From the NCBI GenBank assembly GCA_009698575.1, contig WLPX01000001.1, forward strand, positions 64,924 through 128,923: a stretch of 64,000 nucleotides of DNA, written 5' to 3'. Source of the stretch: Actinomycetota bacterium (GTDB lineage Bacteria; Actinomycetota; Actinomycetes; S36-B12; UBA5976). Made by a program: the position numbers and the translations under genes. Each line of letters begins with the position of its first letter. Within the stretch, counting starts at the first letter, position 1. Shown here piece after piece: positions 60,879 to 64,000 of this stretch. Under the pieces are notes generated by a model that was not told the DNA's origin, searched no databases, and worked only from the letters and a program-made list of their open reading frames with translations.

Positions 60879-62255
60879 TCAAAGAGCTGCGAAAACTTCT
60901 TTCACCATCTCGATTGTTGTTCCTGGGTGCACAAATGCAAATCTGCCCACAGTTTCACCTTGCCACGATGTTGGTGTCACAAAAGCTGTCTGATTAGTAA
61001 TCAATCGATCTTGCAGGTCGCGGTAATCTTTAGCTTCCCAGCCAATTTTGCGCCAGAGAACAACTGACAAGCTTGGTTCGATTACCAGTTCCAATTCTGG
61101 ATGGGTGCGTATAAGTTCGGCCACTTCACGAGTTAATTGAACCGAGGCTTCAACCGCATCGCTATATGCCTTGGTGCCATTTACTGCAACTGAAAACCAA
61201 AGTGGCAAACCACGGGCGCGTCGCGTTAAATGATAAGCCAAGTCGGTTGGATTGATAACGTCATCATCTTCATGCAACACATCTAAATATGAAGCGTCTT
61301 GGGTGTGAACTGCGGCAGCCAACCTAGGTTCTCGATACAAAATTGCTGCTACATCAAAGGGTGCGAACCACCACTTATGCGGATCCATAGTTATCGAATC
61401 GGCAAGTTCGATGCCAACAAAAAGTGACTTTGTTGATGGCGCAAGTAAGCCGGCGCCACCATAAGCTGCGTCGACGTGGAACCAAAGTTTATTTTCCCGA
61501 GCAAATTTTCCTATGCCCGATAGGTCGTCCAAAATACCGGCGTTTGTCGTTCCCGCAGTTACAACAACTCCCACTACTGGCGGTTCATTTGGATCACACT
61601 TTGCCAAGGCAATTGTTAAGTCGTTTACTGTCATTGCAAACCCAGCTGTTTCGACAATCAGCGGCTCCACATCCAGAATTGCCAATGAATTTCCAATTGA
61701 GGAATGTGCTTGCTTACTCAACGCAATTCGAACTGGTGCTCGATTTTTTAAACCGCGGTTTTCGCGGCCAGTCTCTCGCGCAACAGTAAGCGCCGCTAAA
61801 TTAGCTGCCGAGCCACCCGAGACAAACGTGCCACCAGCGCTTTGCGGTAGCCCAGCCACGTCAGCCATCCATCGCAATACTTGATTCTCGGCAGTAATGG
61901 AACCAGCAGCTTCTAGCCAAGAAATTCCTTGAATAGACGCACAAGAAACGATCATGTCAAAAAGCAGTGCAGCTTTAGTTGGCGCCGTTGGAATGAACGC
62001 CATGAACCTTGGACTATCCCCCGAGACAACCGCACGTGAGACTACTTTGTCATAGAGCTTAAGTACGTCAGCAGCGGGATTACCTTCTGGTTTGATTAAC
62101 CCGGCTAAGGCCGCTGCTAAAACCTGTTTGTCGCCTGGGAAATCCAATGGCACTTCCGGCATCGCCAGTCGATCGCGCATATAGTCAAAGACTAAATCGG
62201 TTAACTCTGGGTTGTATTTGTGCATTCTGGTAACTGCGGAATTTGAATCAGACAT
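60879..62255 (-). CDS. Group II PLP-dependent amino-acid decarboxylase (substrate unknown)
   Basis: SITMDPHKWWFAP PLP-lysine motif and GGSAANL. The likely start is ATG 62255 (MSDSNS); the ORF-track TTG 62267 is the alternative. Confidence 0.8.
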   Translation of the reverse strand: MSDSNSAVTRMHKYNPELTDLVFDYMRDRLAMPEVPLDFPGDKQVLAAALAGLIKPEGNPAADVLKLYDKVVSRAVVSGDSPRFMAFIPTAPTKAALLFDMIVSCASIQGISWLEAAGSITAENQVLRWMADVAGLPQSAGGTFVSGGSAANLAALTVARETGRENRGLKNRAPVRIALSKQAHSSIGNSLAILDVEPLIVETAGFAMTVNDLTIALAKCDPNEPPVVGVVVTAGTTNAGILDDLSGIGKFARENKLWFHVDAAYGGAGLLAPSTKSLFVGIELADSITMDPHKWWFAPFDVAAILYREPRLAAAVHTQDASYLDVLHEDDDVINPTDLAYHLTRRARGLPLWFSVAVNGTKAYSDAVEASVQLTREVAELIRTHPELELVIEPSLSVVLWRKIGWEAKDYRDLQDRLITNQTAFVTPTSWQGETVGRFAFVHPGTTIEMVKEVFAAL

Positions 62256-62345
62256 TGAAACCACCAATGACTAGGTATGTGAACCGCCGAACTCAAATTA
62301 GCCAGCAGGGTTTTCACAACCAACTCAATGTTATCGGGCTGGTGG

Positions 62346-63923
62346 CTAGAAAATCTCAGGTGGGTTGTAACGACCCCAAACCTCGCGTAGGGCATCGGCT
62401 ACTTCGCCGCCACTGGCTTGAGCGGCAAGTGCAGCTTTCATTGGATACATAACATTTTCGGTAGATTCTGCAGCTCGCTTAAGTGCATCTAGGCCGCGAG
62501 TCACCTCAGCATTGTTGCGACTGGCTCGAATTGCCTGGAGCCGAGCGGTTTGTTGTTCGCCAATCGCTGGGTCAACTCGAAGCGGCTCGTATTTTTCTTC
62601 GACATCTATTGCAAACTTATTTACACCAACTACGGTTCGCTCACCCTTATCGATTTGCAGGGCATAGTCGTAGGCGCTGGTTTCTATTTCATTCTTTTGG
62701 AATCCAACTTCAATTGCCTTGGCTGCGCCACCAAATTCTTCAACCTTGTCCATCAAGCGCAAAATCTCAGTTTCCAGCTCATCAGTCATGGCTTCCACTA
62801 CGTAAGATCCCGCAAATGGGTCAACCGTTGCAGTGACATCGGTTTCATAAGCCAAAACCTGCTGAGTTCGCAATGCCAAGCGCGCAGCTTTTTCCGTTGG
62901 CAAGGCAATTGCTTCGTCAAATGAATTGGTGTGCAAAGACTGGGTTCCACCAAAAACTGCCGCTAAGCCTTGGATGGCTACTCGAACCAAATTTACTTCT
63001 GGCTGTTGGGCAGTTAACTGCACGCCTGCAGTCTGGGTATGGAAGCGAAGCATTTGGCTTTTTGGGTTTGTTGCTTTGAATTCATCTTTCATAATGCGCG
63101 CCCAAATTCGACGAGCTGCCCGGAACTTGGCGACTTCTTCCAAGATAGTTGTCCGCGATACAAAGAAGAAAGCAAGTCGCGGTGCAAAATCATCGACATC
63201 CATGCCGGCTGCGATTGCTGCCCGTACATACTCAATACCGTTAGAAAGTGTGAATGCAATTTCTTGCGCGGGCGTAGCGCCTGCTTCACCCATGTGATAT
63301 CCAGAAATTGAAATGGTGTTCCAGCGTGGAATTTCTTTAGCGCAGTATTCAAAAATATCTGTTGTCAGTCGTAGCGATGCTGCGGGCGGATAGATGTAAG
63401 TACCGCGCGAAATATATTCTTTTAGGACGTCATTCTGGATAGTTCCATTGAGTACAGACCCAGTTATACCTTCACCTTCAGCAACTAATTGATACATCAA
63501 TAACAAAGTTGCAGCCGGTGAATTGATAGTCATTGAAGTTGAAACTTGGTCGAGCGGGATGCGATCAAACAAAATCTTCATGTCATCGACGGTGTCTATT
63601 GCCACGCCAACTTTTCCGACTTCGCCTTGCGCTAATTGATGATCTGAGTCATAACCCATTTGGGTGGGTAGATCGAAGGCGACACTTAGCCCGGTAGTAC
63701 CTGCTGCAAGCAGTTGGTGATAGCGCTCATTGGATTCGGCAGCCGTACCAAATCCGGCGTATTGACGCATAGTCCACGGCCGACCGGTGTACATGCTCGG
63801 ATAGACGCCGCGAGTGAATGGAAACTCTCCTGGGACACCTAACTCGACAGCTGGATCCCAGCCATCGCGTGATTCCGGTCCATAAACCGGATCAATTGGT
63901 AGCCCTGACTGTGTAATCCCCAT
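62346..63923 (-). CDS. Methylmalonyl-CoA mutase catalytic (large, N-terminal) domain protein without a B12-binding domain
   Basis: 525 aa. [23 protein letters not shown] and [21 protein letters not shown] carry the Tyr and Arg that distinguish MCM from isobutyryl-CoA mutase. The protein ends in the linker region. Confidence 0.85.
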   Translation of the reverse strand: MGITQSGLPIDPVYGPESRDGWDPAVELGVPGEFPFTRGVYPSMYTGRPWTMRQYAGFGTAAESNERYHQLLAAGTTGLSVAFDLPTQMGYDSDHQLAQGEVGKVGVAIDTVDDMKILFDRIPLDQVSTSMTINSPAATLLLMYQLVAEGEGITGSVLNGTIQNDVLKEYISRGTYIYPPAASLRLTTDIFEYCAKEIPRWNTISISGYHMGEAGATPAQEIAFTLSNGIEYVRAAIAAGMDVDDFAPRLAFFFVSRTTILEEVAKFRAARRIWARIMKDEFKATNPKSQMLRFHTQTAGVQLTAQQPEVNLVRVAIQGLAAVFGGTQSLHTNSFDEAIALPTEKAARLALRTQQVLAYETDVTATVDPFAGSYVVEAMTDELETEILRLMDKVEEFGGAAKAIEVGFQKNEIETSAYDYALQIDKGERTVVGVNKFAIDVEEKYEPLRVDPAIGEQQTARLQAIRASRNNAEVTRGLDALKRAAESTENVMYPMKAALAAQASGGEVADALREVWGRYNPPEIF

Positions 63924-63932
63924 AAGTAGAGG

Positions 63933-64000
63933 TTAGTCCGCTTTACGGCGACCGATTGTACGTCCTAGCCAAACCAGTGGATCATATTTTTCGTCAACTA
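63933..64000 (-). CDS. 3' end of an unidentified CDS running off the window end
   Basis: Own translation of the minus strand: ...VDEKYDPLVWLGRTIGRRKAD*, with the stop at 63933-63935. It ends 9 nt upstream of the mutase start. No family assignment is possible. Confidence 0.35.
   Translation of the reverse strand, partial: VDEKYDPLVWLGRTIGRRKAD

Overview
This is a densely packed, mid-GC chromosomal segment of an actinobacterium. Most genes abut or overlap by 1-4 nt. I count about 60 protein genes, with no rRNA, tRNA, transposase, integrase or CRISPR array. Gene order reproduces several Mycobacterium/Corynebacterium-type core synteny blocks: moeZ-TetR-DUF3107-rhlE; MgtE_N/CBS-DUF1003-mrp-tatB-htrA-O-methyltransferase; dapE/dapD; gltA-dapC-fdxA-mshB; typA; ychF-ispH-xseA/xseB-DUF4245; phoH2-uppS; comFC-lpqB-mtrB-mtrA; and birA-accD5-accE5-maf-accA3. 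Between these blocks sit accessory-looking genes: an S9 dipeptidyl peptidase, a six-gene peptide ABC importer with two binding proteins, a TagF-like transferase with a secreted metallophosphoesterase, a class I fumarase, an Rpf-like protein, YyaL, a CynX-like MFS transporter, an extra two-component system, a PLP decarboxylase and a split methylmalonyl-CoA mutase. The compaction suggests a streamlined actinobacterium, possibly a freshwater acI/Nanopelagicales-like lineage; this is inference only. The most noteworthy observations are: (1) a ~260-nt structured non-coding RNA candidate directly downstream of comFC, at the position expected for the raiA-motif RNA, but with no raiA/hpf gene beside it; (2) three convergent intergenic spacers in which a hairpin arm that is an inverted copy of the last codons of the minus-strand gene has been tandemly duplicated; (3) dapC has no canonical start codon and lies in the same frame as fdxA, directly after its TAA stop; (4) a TACTAGT(T/C) box recurs 18-22 nt upstream of four start codons; (5) xseA and xseB are convergent instead of forming an operon. 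I did not find a clear-cut novel multi-gene system such as a defence island. All functional calls rest on motif and family recognition in the translated ORFs by eye. No searches or computations were run, and start codons are provisional.
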